A stretch of 64,000 nucleotides of DNA from an uncultured Acidobacteriaceae bacterium. GTDB lineage: Bacteria; Acidobacteriota; Terriglobia; Terriglobales; Acidobacteriaceae. The notes under the pieces are model-generated. The model had not been told where the DNA came from. It worked only from the letters and a program-made list of their open reading frames with translations, and did not search any database. Positions 9,723 to 18,413 of this stretch are shown here, piece after piece. The position numbers and the translations under genes were made by a program. Numbering within the stretch: position 1 is the stretch's first letter; the number at the start of each line of letters is the position of its first letter. The stretch covers positions 29,231-93,230 of the forward strand of contig CAXTMK010000002.1 in NCBI GenBank assembly GCA_964245315.1, in the 5' to 3' direction.

Positions 9723-10030
9723 AGCCCGCCTGCCTCCTGCGATACCGTTCTCCGGATCGTCCGCTCGACCAGCGCGAGGGCCGCGGCCTTGTCGCCCTGA
9801 CGGTAAGCCTTGCCGCTCTGCGCCACCGCGGACAGTGCGGCGAGCAGCTCGGCCTGGTGACGGTTGGCTTTGGCCGACAAGCCGAGGACCGAGAAGCCCA
9901 GCGCCGCGACCGCGACCGCATCCACCGGCGACAGCTGGCCGAAGAACGCGCCGGCGATCGCCACGGCCATCAGGACCGAGCCGCCGATAATCGTCTTCTT
10001 ACCCTGCAGCCAAACAATCAGCTTTCCCAT
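9719..10030 (-). CDS. Putative holin-like membrane protein
   Basis: MGKLIVWLQGKKTIIGG..., two TM segments, in the lysis region. ATG 10030 has a GGAG RBS. Confidence 0.55.
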   Translation of the reverse strand: MGKLIVWLQGKKTIIGGSVLMAVAIAGAFFGQLSPVDAVAVAALGFSVLGLSAKANRHQAELLAALSAVAQSGKAYRQGDKAAALALVERTIRRTVSQEAGGL

Positions 10031-10172
10031 CAACCTGTCTCCCACCCTCCTGCGAGGGGTCCAAAGGCTCCGTAGAGCGGCCCGCAGTCGCGCGGATAAA
10101 TACCGCGCAGGGCTGCAATGCAATTACCGAGGCCTACCCTACGTCGCCGAGCGCCAGCGCGCCGTACGTGCC

Positions 10173-10421
10173 TCAGCGCCGGGTGTGGTGTCCGAGGTGC
10201 CAGTTGGGGCAGAACGGACACTCGTAAGGTTCCAGACCATCGCCGGTTCGCAGCGCGCCCCCGACCTGGTAGAACTGCATCGCGGCTCGCGCCGCAGCCT
10301 CGGTCGCATGCTGCTCTTTGCCCTCGCAGGTGGCCGCGTAGACGCGCGGCGCGTGCTCGGGTTGAAGGGTCAGCACCTGACCATCTTGTCGTGACACTGC
10401 GCGCGAAGGCGGGTCCAGCAT
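10173..10421 (-). CDS. Small Zn-finger protein
   Basis: TCEGKEQH...YECPFCPNWHLGH motif. Confidence 0.55.
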   Translation of the reverse strand: MLDPPSRAVSRQDGQVLTLQPEHAPRVYAATCEGKEQHATEAAARAAMQFYQVGGALRTGDGLEPYECPFCPNWHLGHHTRR

Positions 10422-10603
10422 TCAGCGCAGAAGTGGAAGCAGATCTTCCGGTGGACCTGCGTTGTGCCGTGGGAACATCCCTGCGAGCAGTTCGAGCAGG
10501 GCACGATGCGTCCCAACACTTTGCCGAGTCTTCTCATCACGGCTCCTTCAAAGATTGCCGGGAGGTGACGGTCTCCCGTTTGTTGCAACTCGTATGCCAG
10601 CAT
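10370..10603 (-). CDS. Small Cys-rich protein (real start probably MRRLGK)
   Basis: CSNCSQGC...CFHFCAEC; GAAGGAG RBS before MRRLGK. Confidence 0.4.
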   Translation of the reverse strand: MLAYELQQTGDRHLPAIFEGAVMRRLGKVLGRIVPCSNCSQGCSHGTTQVHRKICFHFCAECWTRLRAQCHDKMVRC

Positions 10604-10713
10604 TTCGTCCGATGTGGGTTGCTCAGACCGTGATCCTGCGCCGCCGTCAACCCGGCATTCCGGTCCTCACTCCCAGCCCACTGGCTTTCTCATTTTGTTA
10701 GCTTGGTGCGCCG

Positions 10714-11256
10714 CTACTTGAGCGGCGCGAGACCGGGCTTCAGCTTCGCGCGCAACGCGTTCCACTGCGCCTTGAACTCTTTGGCGGTCTTTGGCGTTTT
10801 GGCGAGGTAGACCCTGCGATGCGGCACATGCCGCACGGTCGACACCTGATACGAAGCGCGCGTCACGCTGGGTGACACCGTCACCGGTGTAGTGGCGGCC
10901 GGCGCGGGAAAGAGCGCGAGCAGCTGGTCGACCGCGCCGATCCCGAGGTCGATGAATGCCTGGTCCTCGGTCGAGATGGGGATCAGGTTCAGATCGTCTT
11001 CGACGATGTTGAGCAGCTCGGCGATGTCCTGCGTGGGCGATCCGCTCTTCCAGCCAGAGATCGCGGTCGACGCGGCGGCGAAGTCGGCGTTGATCTTCGC
11101 CGCAGTGGTGGTGTTGCCTTCAAACACCAGCAGCGACGAGACAGCGGTTCCAGCGGTGCTGACCAGCTCGGCGGCGGTCTGCTGTTTGTCGCAGCCGGTG
11201 GTAAGCGCGAGCGACGCGAAGGCGATAAGAGCGAACTTCGATAATCCAGACTTCAT
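10714..11256 (-). CDS. Phage lipoprotein
   Basis: Signal peptide with lipobox-like LTTGC; lies in the lysis cassette. Confidence 0.7.
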   Translation of the reverse strand: MKSGLSKFALIAFASLALTTGCDKQQTAAELVSTAGTAVSSLLVFEGNTTTAAKINADFAAASTAISGWKSGSPTQDIAELLNIVEDDLNLIPISTEDQAFIDLGIGAVDQLLALFPAPAATTPVTVSPSVTRASYQVSTVRHVPHRRVYLAKTPKTAKEFKAQWNALRAKLKPGLAPLK

Positions 11257-11292
11257 GGTGAATCTCCTTCATCGGTGCGGGTTGTGGAGCGT

Positions 11293-11523
11293 TCAGGAGC
11301 CTGCGAACCAGGCGGTGATTTCGTTCTCGACGAAGCCTTCGGACAGAAAGAAGGGTTTGCTCCTGACGTTGACTGTCAGCAGCGCGCCGTTGTAGCCGTA
11401 CTCGACCGTGACGCCGGAGTGCGTGATCCTGCCAGTGTCGGTGGGAAGCGTCTGGCCGACCCTGGCTTCGACCTGCTGCAGCCTGGCCTTGAACTGTTCG
11501 GGCGTGAGTTTGAACTGCATCAT
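11293..11523 (-). CDS. Small hypothetical phage protein
   Basis: MMQFKLTPEQFKARLQ...; ATGA overlap with the endolysin stop. Confidence 0.55.
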   Translation of the reverse strand: MMQFKLTPEQFKARLQQVEARVGQTLPTDTGRITHSGVTVEYGYNGALLTVNVRSKPFFLSEGFVENEITAWFAGS

Positions 11524-12053
11524 GCGGCGATCTCTCGTGCCACCGCGGGCGGCGGCGTGTCGTACTGCGTGAGGTTGTAGTCGGTGATGAGCTCCATCAG
11601 CATCGCCGAGTAGGACTTGGTGCCGTTCTGCCCCGACGCGGAGCTGTAGCCGCAACGCTGCAACAGCGAGGCGAAGGCGAAGGGATTGGGCGCGACCGCC
11701 ATCGCGGGCTTGTAGCGCGCGGCCGTAGCCAGCAGCTGGCCGTGGGCGTCGAAGCAGGCGGCCTCGTCGGGGAACTTCTGAAACAGCGCCTCGACGACGA
11801 CGTACCTGCCGTTCTCGTACTCCCCGGTCGGAAACTGTTCATAGGCGTCGGGCGCGCTCAGGTGCATCGCCTTGATGCCGAAGTAGTTGTTCGCCTTCCG
11901 CGATAGCTGCGACGTTCCCCAGCCATTCTTCGAGCCCGACTCCAGCATCCACTGCGCCAGCGTGATCGATGCCGGCACACCCCACTTCGCGAACGAAGCC
12001 TGGGCGGCAGGTACGACAGCTTTCAGTGCGGCTAACTCGGCGGCGGTGGCCAT
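11520..12053 (-). CDS. Endolysin, GH73 glucosaminidase/FlgJ-like
   Basis: SITLAQWMLESG...ANNYFGIKA...T.EY...F.KFPD...GYSS GH73 motifs. Confidence 0.9.
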   Translation of the reverse strand: MATAAELAALKAVVPAAQASFAKWGVPASITLAQWMLESGSKNGWGTSQLSRKANNYFGIKAMHLSAPDAYEQFPTGEYENGRYVVVEALFQKFPDEAACFDAHGQLLATAARYKPAMAVAPNPFAFASLLQRCGYSSASGQNGTKSYSAMLMELITDYNLTQYDTPPPAVAREIAA

Positions 12054-12084
12054 CTACTCTCCCCGACGCTCACGGATAGTTGAA

Positions 12085-12121
12085 GTGCGCCCCGCCCTGT
12101 CGTAGTCAAGGCGGAGCGCAC
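12085..12121 (-). promoter_or_regulatory. 15-bp stem-loop in the leader of the late (lysis-head) operon
   Basis: Minus-strand GUGCGCUCCGCCUUG-ACUACGA-CAGGGCGGGGCGCAC pairs fully (two G-U pairs), ~30 nt upstream of the endolysin ATG. Confidence 0.55.
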
Positions 12122-12408
12122 CGCAGCTCTGGCGATTCCCGCGATCTCCTTATCCTCTGAAGGCACGTGGCCGGTTAGTTGGAAAGGAAGAGAGATAGCT
12201 CGGATACGGCAGGGCCGAGACCGTGAGGTCTGGAATTGAGAGTAAGATCGGCGGGAATTTCCGCTGTATCAATCCGGCGAAGACGAAATCCAGTTGCTAT
12301 AAACCGGAGATCAGCATCGTTGCATGACGCGACGAGATATTCTGAAGTACACCGATTGGAATATCTCCCCTGTCCGCAGCCGGTGTATTGTGTGCTCAGG
12401 AGACGACA

Positions 12409-12723
12409 ATGTCACACGATGAGCAGAACGCAACGCTGGGAAGAATCCTCCGGGAGCGGAAGGAAGCGCAGCAGCACCTGCAGCTTCTCAGGTCGGAAGC
12501 CCGCCGCATCGGAGCCGCGATGGTGAAGCTGGGCCAACAGCTCCAAAATGAGCCGGAGCATGTGCAGTTCTTTGGCGTGCAGAGTGACAGCCGATACCGC
12601 ACCACGATCGACAGCTTCGAGCGCACCGACTTCGATGCAGCCATGCTCACCAGGCTCGTTACCGAGATCCGCGATGAGACGACCCGCGTCGCAGATCTCT
12701 CTCGCGACCTCGAAGGGTTCTAG
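12409..12723 (+). CDS. Hypothetical coiled-coil protein (moron-like)
   Basis: 104 aa, AGGAG RBS, opposite strand to its neighbours. Confidence 0.6.
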   Translation: MSHDEQNATLGRILRERKEAQQHLQLLRSEARRIGAAMVKLGQQLQNEPEHVQFFGVQSDSRYRTTIDSFERTDFDAAMLTRLVTEIRDETTRVADLSRDLEGF

Positions 12724-12744
12724 GCCGCTCGCGCCGCACCTCGT

Positions 12745-13254
12745 CTAGGGTTGCGACTTGCTGAGCATGTTTCGGTTCGCATAGGCCAAGGGGAGACCTA
12801 TTTTAGTCAGGAGCTGTTTTTCGAGGATCTGCGCAAAGTCGCGCTGCTCGATCAGCACGTTGCGCAGGCGCGCCGCCGTCTGGTCCAGCAGGCCGCGCAC
12901 GCGATCGAGCGAACGCCGCACCTTGTTGCCTGTGCAGCCCTGCGCCGAGCTGCTGGCGAAATGCTCGCCCTTGGCTCCGTAGCTATACCAGGCGAGGTAG
13001 GCGAAGCGGAGCGCGCTGCAGCTCGTCGGGATTCGCGACCTCGCCCCGCAGATCCCTGAAGCGGCCGGCGTGCACCAGCTCGTTATCGAACAGCTCCGCC
13101 AGCTCGGCCGGGCGGGCGGCTTGGCGAACAGCAGCTTGGCCGAACCGGCGAAGACCTCGACGTAGATGCGATGTTCCGGGATCAGGCCGAGCAGCGTCTT
13201 CTTGAGCGCACGCTTGCCGCCCGGCCAGGCGAAGGGCGATTGAGGAGTAGACAT
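12745..13254 (-). pseudogene. DNA adenine methyltransferase (Dam/D12 class) remnant
   Basis: Starts MSTPQSPFAWPGGKR...YVEVFAGSA (motif I). The middle is split across frames, the EV.ND segment is absent, and it ends after VLIEQRDF without a DPPY motif. Confidence 0.85.
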
Positions 13255-13341
13255 TCGAGCAGCGTAGCTCGACAGCTGGGCGAAGACAAGGCGAATACAG
13301 ATTATCAACTTGATTCCGCCGACCCGCCAATCGGATGCCGA

Positions 13342-14568
13342 CTAGCGCAGTGGGTTGATGCCCTGCAGCTTCAGGTTGATGAAGGGGATGTAGAGGTTGA
13401 TCCAGCCTGCCCCGGACGGATGAATCAGATCGCTGGTCAGGTAGGTGGACCAGTTGTAACTGTTCAGCGCGCTTTCGGCGTACAGGTGCATCACCGGCAC
13501 TCCATAGCTGGCGCAGACCTGCTCGATGGCATTCGCGATCGGACCCATCGCCGCGGCACGTGTGCCCAGCTGGCCCACCGTTTGATCGCCGACGTGCCAG
13601 GGCTCGATCCAGACGATCCGCGTATAGGCAGGGATCGCACCGAGCAGACCGTTCAGCGCGAACCTGACGTAGCCATAGACGGAATTGGTCGCCGCCGAAT
13701 CGGTCATCGAGCCCAGACTTACATCATTGAAGTCGTTCACCCCGAGCTGGACGAAGAGGATATCCGGCGCAGCCGCGGCGAGATCCTGCGTTAGCGTGTT
13801 GCCTGCCTTACCGGTGTTTGCGATCTGGTCCGGCCCTCCGCCCGCGGCGCACGTTCCCCAGCCTCCGCCGGCCGGAGCCTCGGCCGCCTGCTGATTGGTT
13901 CCGCTTACCGGGTTTCCCTGGTAGCACTCGAAGATCCCGTTTGAGGCCTGTATCGTGCTGCCGATCGGGCGCGCCGACCGGACATCCTCGAAGCTGATCG
14001 TCATGTTGTTGGCGGCGGCGATGGCCTTTTGCCAGACCAGGCCGAACGCCTGCGAGTAGCTATCGCCGATGACGGCCATTGTCTTGCCGCTCCACGGGCT
14101 CGGAGTCGGAGGTCCGGCTGGTCCGACGGGGCCAGCCACACCCGTGGGGCCGGTTGGTCCGGAAGCGCCCGTCGCTCCCGTCGCTCCCGTCGCGCCAGCC
14201 GGGCCGGTCGGGCCGACGATACTCACACCGGGAAGGCCTTGCGGCCCTTGTGTTCCCTGCGGCCCTGCGGCTCCCACCTCGCCGGCGGATGCCAGGACAG
14301 CCCAGTCGGCAACGCTGGACGGGTTTCCCACTGGCGGGATGTTGGTGCTGGACGCGAGCGCGACATACGACGATCCCAGGTACGTCACCACGTCGGTTGT
14401 CGCATACAGCGTGCCGGCAACGTAGGCGTTCCTGAAGACGAGACCTGGCGGTCCGGCAGGGCCCTGCGTGCTGATTACCTGGCCGGTCGAACATCCGCTG
14501 AGAGAAAGACAGCAGGCGAATATGAGAATCGAAACAGACTTGCGCAGGAAAAGCGGGCTTCCAGTCAT
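13342..14568 (-). CDS. Lipoprotein SGNH/GDSL hydrolase with a carbohydrate-binding-like module and collagen-like repeats
   Basis: Lipobox LSGC; Y.AGTLY...DVVTY.GSSYVA module; G-X-Y repeats; GDSY, GVND and DLIHP catalytic blocks. Confidence 0.85.
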   Translation of the reverse strand: MTGSPLFLRKSVSILIFACCLSLSGCSTGQVISTQGPAGPPGLVFRNAYVAGTLYATTDVVTYLGSSYVALASSTNIPPVGNPSSVADWAVLASAGEVGAAGPQGTQGPQGLPGVSIVGPTGPAGATGATGATGASGPTGPTGVAGPVGPAGPPTPSPWSGKTMAVIGDSYSQAFGLVWQKAIAAANNMTISFEDVRSARPIGSTIQASNGIFECYQGNPVSGTNQQAAEAPAGGGWGTCAAGGGPDQIANTGKAGNTLTQDLAAAAPDILFVQLGVNDFNDVSLGSMTDSAATNSVYGYVRFALNGLLGAIPAYTRIVWIEPWHVGDQTVGQLGTRAAAMGPIANAIEQVCASYGVPVMHLYAESALNSYNWSTYLTSDLIHPSGAGWINLYIPFINLKLQGINPLR

Positions 14569-14612
14569 CCTTTGAACCTCAGTTGTGCGGATAGGCTTCG
14601 TTTATAGAGTTA

Positions 14613-14849
14613 TCACGTCGCAGAGAGCAGCAGCCGCAGCAGCCCAAAAAGCAGACCGAAGCCAACAAGGAACAGCACGACCGAGAGACCAGCTCGCCAA
14701 CCGGCTCGGAGAATCACTGGCGTCAGCTTCTCCACGATATACAGCGCGTCATTCGAGATGATAACTGTCGGAGGAGGAGCGGCCGCGCATTCGTCATGGA
14801 CGGCGTTGCCCCACCCGGCCGGCTTTCCGCATACGGTGCAGGTTGCCAT
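14613..14849 (-). CDS. Small Zn-ribbon membrane protein downstream of the repressor
   Basis: CTVC...HDEC plus a C-terminal TM helix; starts 6 nt after the repressor stop. Confidence 0.65.
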   Translation of the reverse strand: MATCTVCGKPAGWGNAVHDECAAAPPPTVIISNDALYIVEKLTPVILRAGWRAGLSVVLFLVGFGLLFGLLRLLLSAT

Positions 14850-14855
14850 AGTTCC

Positions 14856-15593
14856 TCACTTCCTCTTTGTTGGCGGGGGTTGGCCGATCCACATCACGAC
14901 TTCCCCGACGATGGACCACTCGCCTTCGGCCCGCATGATCTGAACCTGGTGACGCTGAGATGTCCGCTGTGGCACCAGGAGGTAAAGATTATCGCTCTGC
15001 TTTTGAAGCCACTTGATCGTGATGCCGTCCCCATCGCGGGCGGCGACCATGCGGTTGACCAGGCTGCTTGCCTTTCGTTGCGTTGTGTCGACGAGCGCCA
15101 CATAGCCGGTCTCAAGAATCGGCGACATCGAATCACCGTCTACCTTCACCCCAACCAGCTTTCCGCCTAAAGGCACCAGGTGCTTCGGCAGCGAGAGCAT
15201 GTAGTCAATCGCTTGCTCGTCAACCGCGCGGGGTGTTCCGGCTGCCGCCGCATCCCGCAGCACTGGCACCCGCCGCAAGGTATCATCCGCGTCCTGCGGT
15301 GCCGCCGATTCGACGCCGGCTTCGGCAACCCACCAACCGGCCTCATCCTCCGGTGCGAGCTTCGCCATCGCGAGCAACGCGCGCGGTCCCGGCAGGTCTT
15401 GCCCCTTCTCCCAACGCGAGATCTGAACGGAGCTGCACCCACAGGCAGCCGCCATATCCGTTTGCTTCATACCTAACAGACTTCTCAACTCTTTGACTTT
15501 AGGCGCAATACGGGCAATCGCCTCGCGGCGCAAAAGAACCCTTTTATTTGTGTTGACACTCACTAAAGAATCCTTTAGCGTTTCACCTAACAC
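14856..15593 (-). CDS. Prophage repressor (XRE HTH + S24 peptidase); true start probably ~15500-15535
   Basis: MKQTDMAAACGCSSVQISRWEKG HTH; AAAG cleavage-like site; VDGDSMSP and ITIK catalytic Ser/Lys. Confidence 0.92.
   Translation of the reverse strand: MLGETLKDSLVSVNTNKRVLLRREAIARIAPKVKELRSLLGMKQTDMAAACGCSSVQISRWEKGQDLPGPRALLAMAKLAPEDEAGWWVAEAGVESAAPQDADDTLRRVPVLRDAAAAGTPRAVDEQAIDYMLSLPKHLVPLGGKLVGVKVDGDSMSPILETGYVALVDTTQRKASSLVNRMVAARDGDGITIKWLQKQSDNLYLLVPQRTSQRHQVQIMRAEGEWSIVGEVVMWIGQPPPTKRK
15553..15581 (+). promoter_or_regulatory. Sigma70 early promoter with an internal palindromic operator
   Basis: TTGACA (15553) - 17 nt - TAGCGT (15576); CTAAAG-AATC-CTTTAG palindrome at 15563-15578. 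Confidence 0.75.
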
Positions 15594-15605
15594 CGAGGCA
15601 TCAAT

Positions 15606-15820
15606 TTGAACTCCCAGTTTAGCCCGAAGATCGAAGCAATCCGACTCGCTACCCGGAAGCTTCCGAATTCAGCGAGATTGCCCGTGAGCAGGGTGTAACG
15701 CCTGGCCACGTCCGCAGGGTGTTCTGGGGCCTTTCGGTGTCCTCGCGGATCAGCAAGGCGATCGAGCGCAAGGTCGCACAGCGCGAGCGGAAGATGCGTG
15801 ACCGGGAGCGTGCCGCTTGA
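15606..15820 (+). pseudogene. Ner/Cro-like HTH gene with a 1-nt frameshift
   Basis: TTG start with a GAGG RBS gives MNSQFSPKIEAIRLATRKLPN. The HTH FSEIAREQGVTPGHVRRVFWG... is in the -1 frame and ends at TGA 15820, overlapping the next TTG start. Confidence 0.7.
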
Positions 15821-16308
15821 ACTCATGGCCTAACTCTCGCAGTTCCGTTTCGGAACCGTCTACGGAAACTTTCGAACAAAGAATTTCCTCATCCGAGCAG
15901 GAACGCCTCAGCTTTGGTGCAAACGACGTTCTCTCAGGCAGCTATGACGACGCTTCCATGATTCGCGGAGTGCTCATCCAGGCAATCAAGCGCAGCGGAA
16001 AATCCCGCGCCGCCATTGCCGAAGAGATGGAGTTCCTGCTCGCCCGCCCTGTAACGGAAAAGATGCTGAACGCGTTTACCGCAGAGTCGCGTGATGATCG
16101 CCGCTGGCCTGCTGAGTTCGACCGGGCGTTTTGCCGTGCCACCGGCGACGACACGCTGCTGGCCTGCCGCGCCCGTCTCGCGGGCCTCCATGTCATCACC
16201 GAGGAAGAGCGGCTCCTGATGGAGCTGGGCCGCCAGTACCTGATGCGCAATCAGGCGGAAGAGCAGATCGCAATCCTCCAGCGCCGCCTGCACGGGAGAG
16301 TCGCATGA
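15817..16308 (+). CDS. Mu-like phage regulatory / 'DNA transposition' protein
   Basis: AIKRSGKSRAAIAEEM...V+EKMLNAFTAESR...P...FCRATGD pattern, directly before the transposase. Confidence 0.65.
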   Translation: MNSWPNSRSSVSEPSTETFEQRISSSEQERLSFGANDVLSGSYDDASMIRGVLIQAIKRSGKSRAAIAEEMEFLLARPVTEKMLNAFTAESRDDRRWPAEFDRAFCRATGDDTLLACRARLAGLHVITEEERLLMELGRQYLMRNQAEEQIAILQRRLHGRVA

Positions 16309-18413
16309 GCGCTGCATTGGCCTATCTCCCCGTCTCGATCGCGCCCTCGGCGGACTGGATCACGAAGGATCAGATCATCAGCGGCGCGGGTGTGTCGGCG
16401 CGCTGGATCGAGATGCTGACTACGCGGCAAGTCCTCATCACGCGCGAGCTGTCGGTGCGTGGAAGGAATGGCCGTCCGGTTCGCGAGTACCTCATCTCAT
16501 CGTTGCCAGACTATCTGCGCGCCAAGCTGCAGCCCGCCGCTCCAGCGCCGCCGCCGATCCCCGCTGCGTCGCCGTTGCAGCCGCTTTTTGCCAGCCTGCC
16601 GGCAGAGCCGCCCGTCCGCGTCAAGGTGCCGGCCGAGCATCAGGCCGAGGTGGCGCGGTGCAAGGCGCTGATCCAGCCGCTGCTCGACTTCGCCCAGGAT
16701 CGCGGCCGCTACGCTGCGCTGCGCTTGCAGGATGGCCGCGCGGTCACCAGCGTGGACATGCTGGCGCTGCACATCGCCGAAACCGAGACCGCCGCCGGCC
16801 GGCCGGTAAGCGGACGCACTCTGACCCGCTGGGTCGCGGCCTGGAAGCGGGACGGCGACATCGCGCTCGCGCCGAAGGTTCGCACAGACAAGGGCCGCAG
16901 TCGTTGGGCGACGGACAACAGAGTGATGGCGGACCTCGCCGCCTGGATCGCGATCGGCGACGCCAACCAGCCGCCGCAGTCGGTGATGGTGGCGTGGGAG
17001 CAGGTCTGCGCCTACGCCGACGAGAACGGAATCGACGCGCCCAGCTACGAGACGATCCGCAGCTTCCTTGGAAATCGCAACGAGGTGAGCGCGTCGATGA
17101 AGTCGCTGCAGACACGGGGCAAGCGCGGCTACGAGAAGGTCTTCGCGGGTTACCTTCAGCGCGGCTATACCGAGCCGGCAAACCAGATTTGGATAAGCGA
17201 CCACATGTTGGCGGACGTTCTTGTTCAAGATGACGTGTTTGAAAAGGACCTGAAGCACTGCCGCATCCAGATGACGACGATCATCGACTATCGCTCCCGC
17301 CTGGTGGTCGGGGTGAGCTGGTGCCGCAACGGTTCGAGCCATTCCATCAAACGCGCGCTGCTGCCCGCGATCCTGCAATACGGCCCGCCTGCAATCTTCT
17401 ATATCGATAACGGCAAAGACTACCGCAAGGTGGGCGGCAAGTCCGAGCTGCTGCGGGCGCGTGAGTTCGCCGGCGAAGAGGTCGATAAGCTGCGCGGCAG
17501 CGTGCTGAACCGGCTCGGCATCGAGGCGAAGTATTGCAAGCCGTACCACCCTCAGGCCAAGCACATCGAAAAATATCACGGCTTCTACCATGCTCGCGTC
17601 GACCGCACCTTTCCGACCTACACCTCGGGCGCCACCCACCTGCGCCGCGACGAGACGGTTGAAATCCTCGTCGAGCACAAGAAGCTGGTCGCGATCGACG
17701 ATACGCGCAGCTCGAAGATGCCGCTGGCCAGCGAGTACATCGCGATGGCCGAGGCGTGGATCTTCGGCGAGTACAACCATCGCCCGCACGAGGGCGAAGG
17801 CATGAGCGGCCGCAGCCCGGCAGAGTGCTTCCAGCAGGAGCTGAACCCCGCGCAGAAGCCGTCCCCGGCGTTCGAGGAGCTCGCCGCGCTGATGGCCGAG
17901 CACACCCTGCGCAAGGTCCGCAACGGCGCGGTGGAGATCGACGGCACGCGCTTCGTCGCCGCCTACGACGACATGCAGGCCACGGCGAGGATGCACGAGC
18001 TGAGCGGCGCGGACGGCAAGGTCGACGTGGCTTACGACCCGCTAAACATGGAACGTGCCGTGGTGCTCGATCTGGACGGCCGCCCGCTCTGCAAGCTGAT
18101 CGCGCAGGGCCTGACGCGCTTCTCCGATGATGACGAGACCCGCGCCGAGATCGCCGGCATGGAGCAGCAGCGCGGCATGATGCTGAAGGCGACGCGGCAG
18201 TCGATCCGCGACCTCAGCGCGCGCGTCAACGATGCCGGCCACAAGCCGCTGGTCGCGCAGCTCCGCGCGCAGGCTCAGCTCCCAGAAATCAGCAGCATCA
18301 TTCACAAGCCGCGCAAGACGGCCTCGGGCGAGACTGCCGCACCATCCGCCCCGGCGTATGTGGCGGACACCATTGAACGATTTTTACGGAGACGCGCCAA
18401 TGCAAATTCCTAA
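16305..18413 (+). CDS. Mu-type DDE transposase A
   Basis: ATG 16305 overlaps the upstream stop; WISDH, YIDNGKDY and AKHIE DDE motifs; YNHRPH; C-terminal beta domain. Confidence 0.95.
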   Translation: MSAALAYLPVSIAPSADWITKDQIISGAGVSARWIEMLTTRQVLITRELSVRGRNGRPVREYLISSLPDYLRAKLQPAAPAPPPIPAASPLQPLFASLPAEPPVRVKVPAEHQAEVARCKALIQPLLDFAQDRGRYAALRLQDGRAVTSVDMLALHIAETETAAGRPVSGRTLTRWVAAWKRDGDIALAPKVRTDKGRSRWATDNRVMADLAAWIAIGDANQPPQSVMVAWEQVCAYADENGIDAPSYETIRSFLGNRNEVSASMKSLQTRGKRGYEKVFAGYLQRGYTEPANQIWISDHMLADVLVQDDVFEKDLKHCRIQMTTIIDYRSRLVVGVSWCRNGSSHSIKRALLPAILQYGPPAIFYIDNGKDYRKVGGKSELLRAREFAGEEVDKLRGSVLNRLGIEAKYCKPYHPQAKHIEKYHGFYHARVDRTFPTYTSGATHLRRDETVEILVEHKKLVAIDDTRSSKMPLASEYIAMAEAWIFGEYNHRPHEGEGMSGRSPAECFQQELNPAQKPSPAFEELAALMAEHTLRKVRNGAVEIDGTRFVAAYDDMQATARMHELSGADGKVDVAYDPLNMERAVVLDLDGRPLCKLIAQGLTRFSDDDETRAEIAGMEQQRGMMLKATRQSIRDLSARVNDAGHKPLVAQLRAQAQLPEISSIIHKPRKTASGETAAPSAPAYVADTIERFLRRRANANS

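Noticed and set aside
16497-17996. 499-aa minus-strand ORF inside the transposase
   Set aside because: Antisense shadow of MuA.
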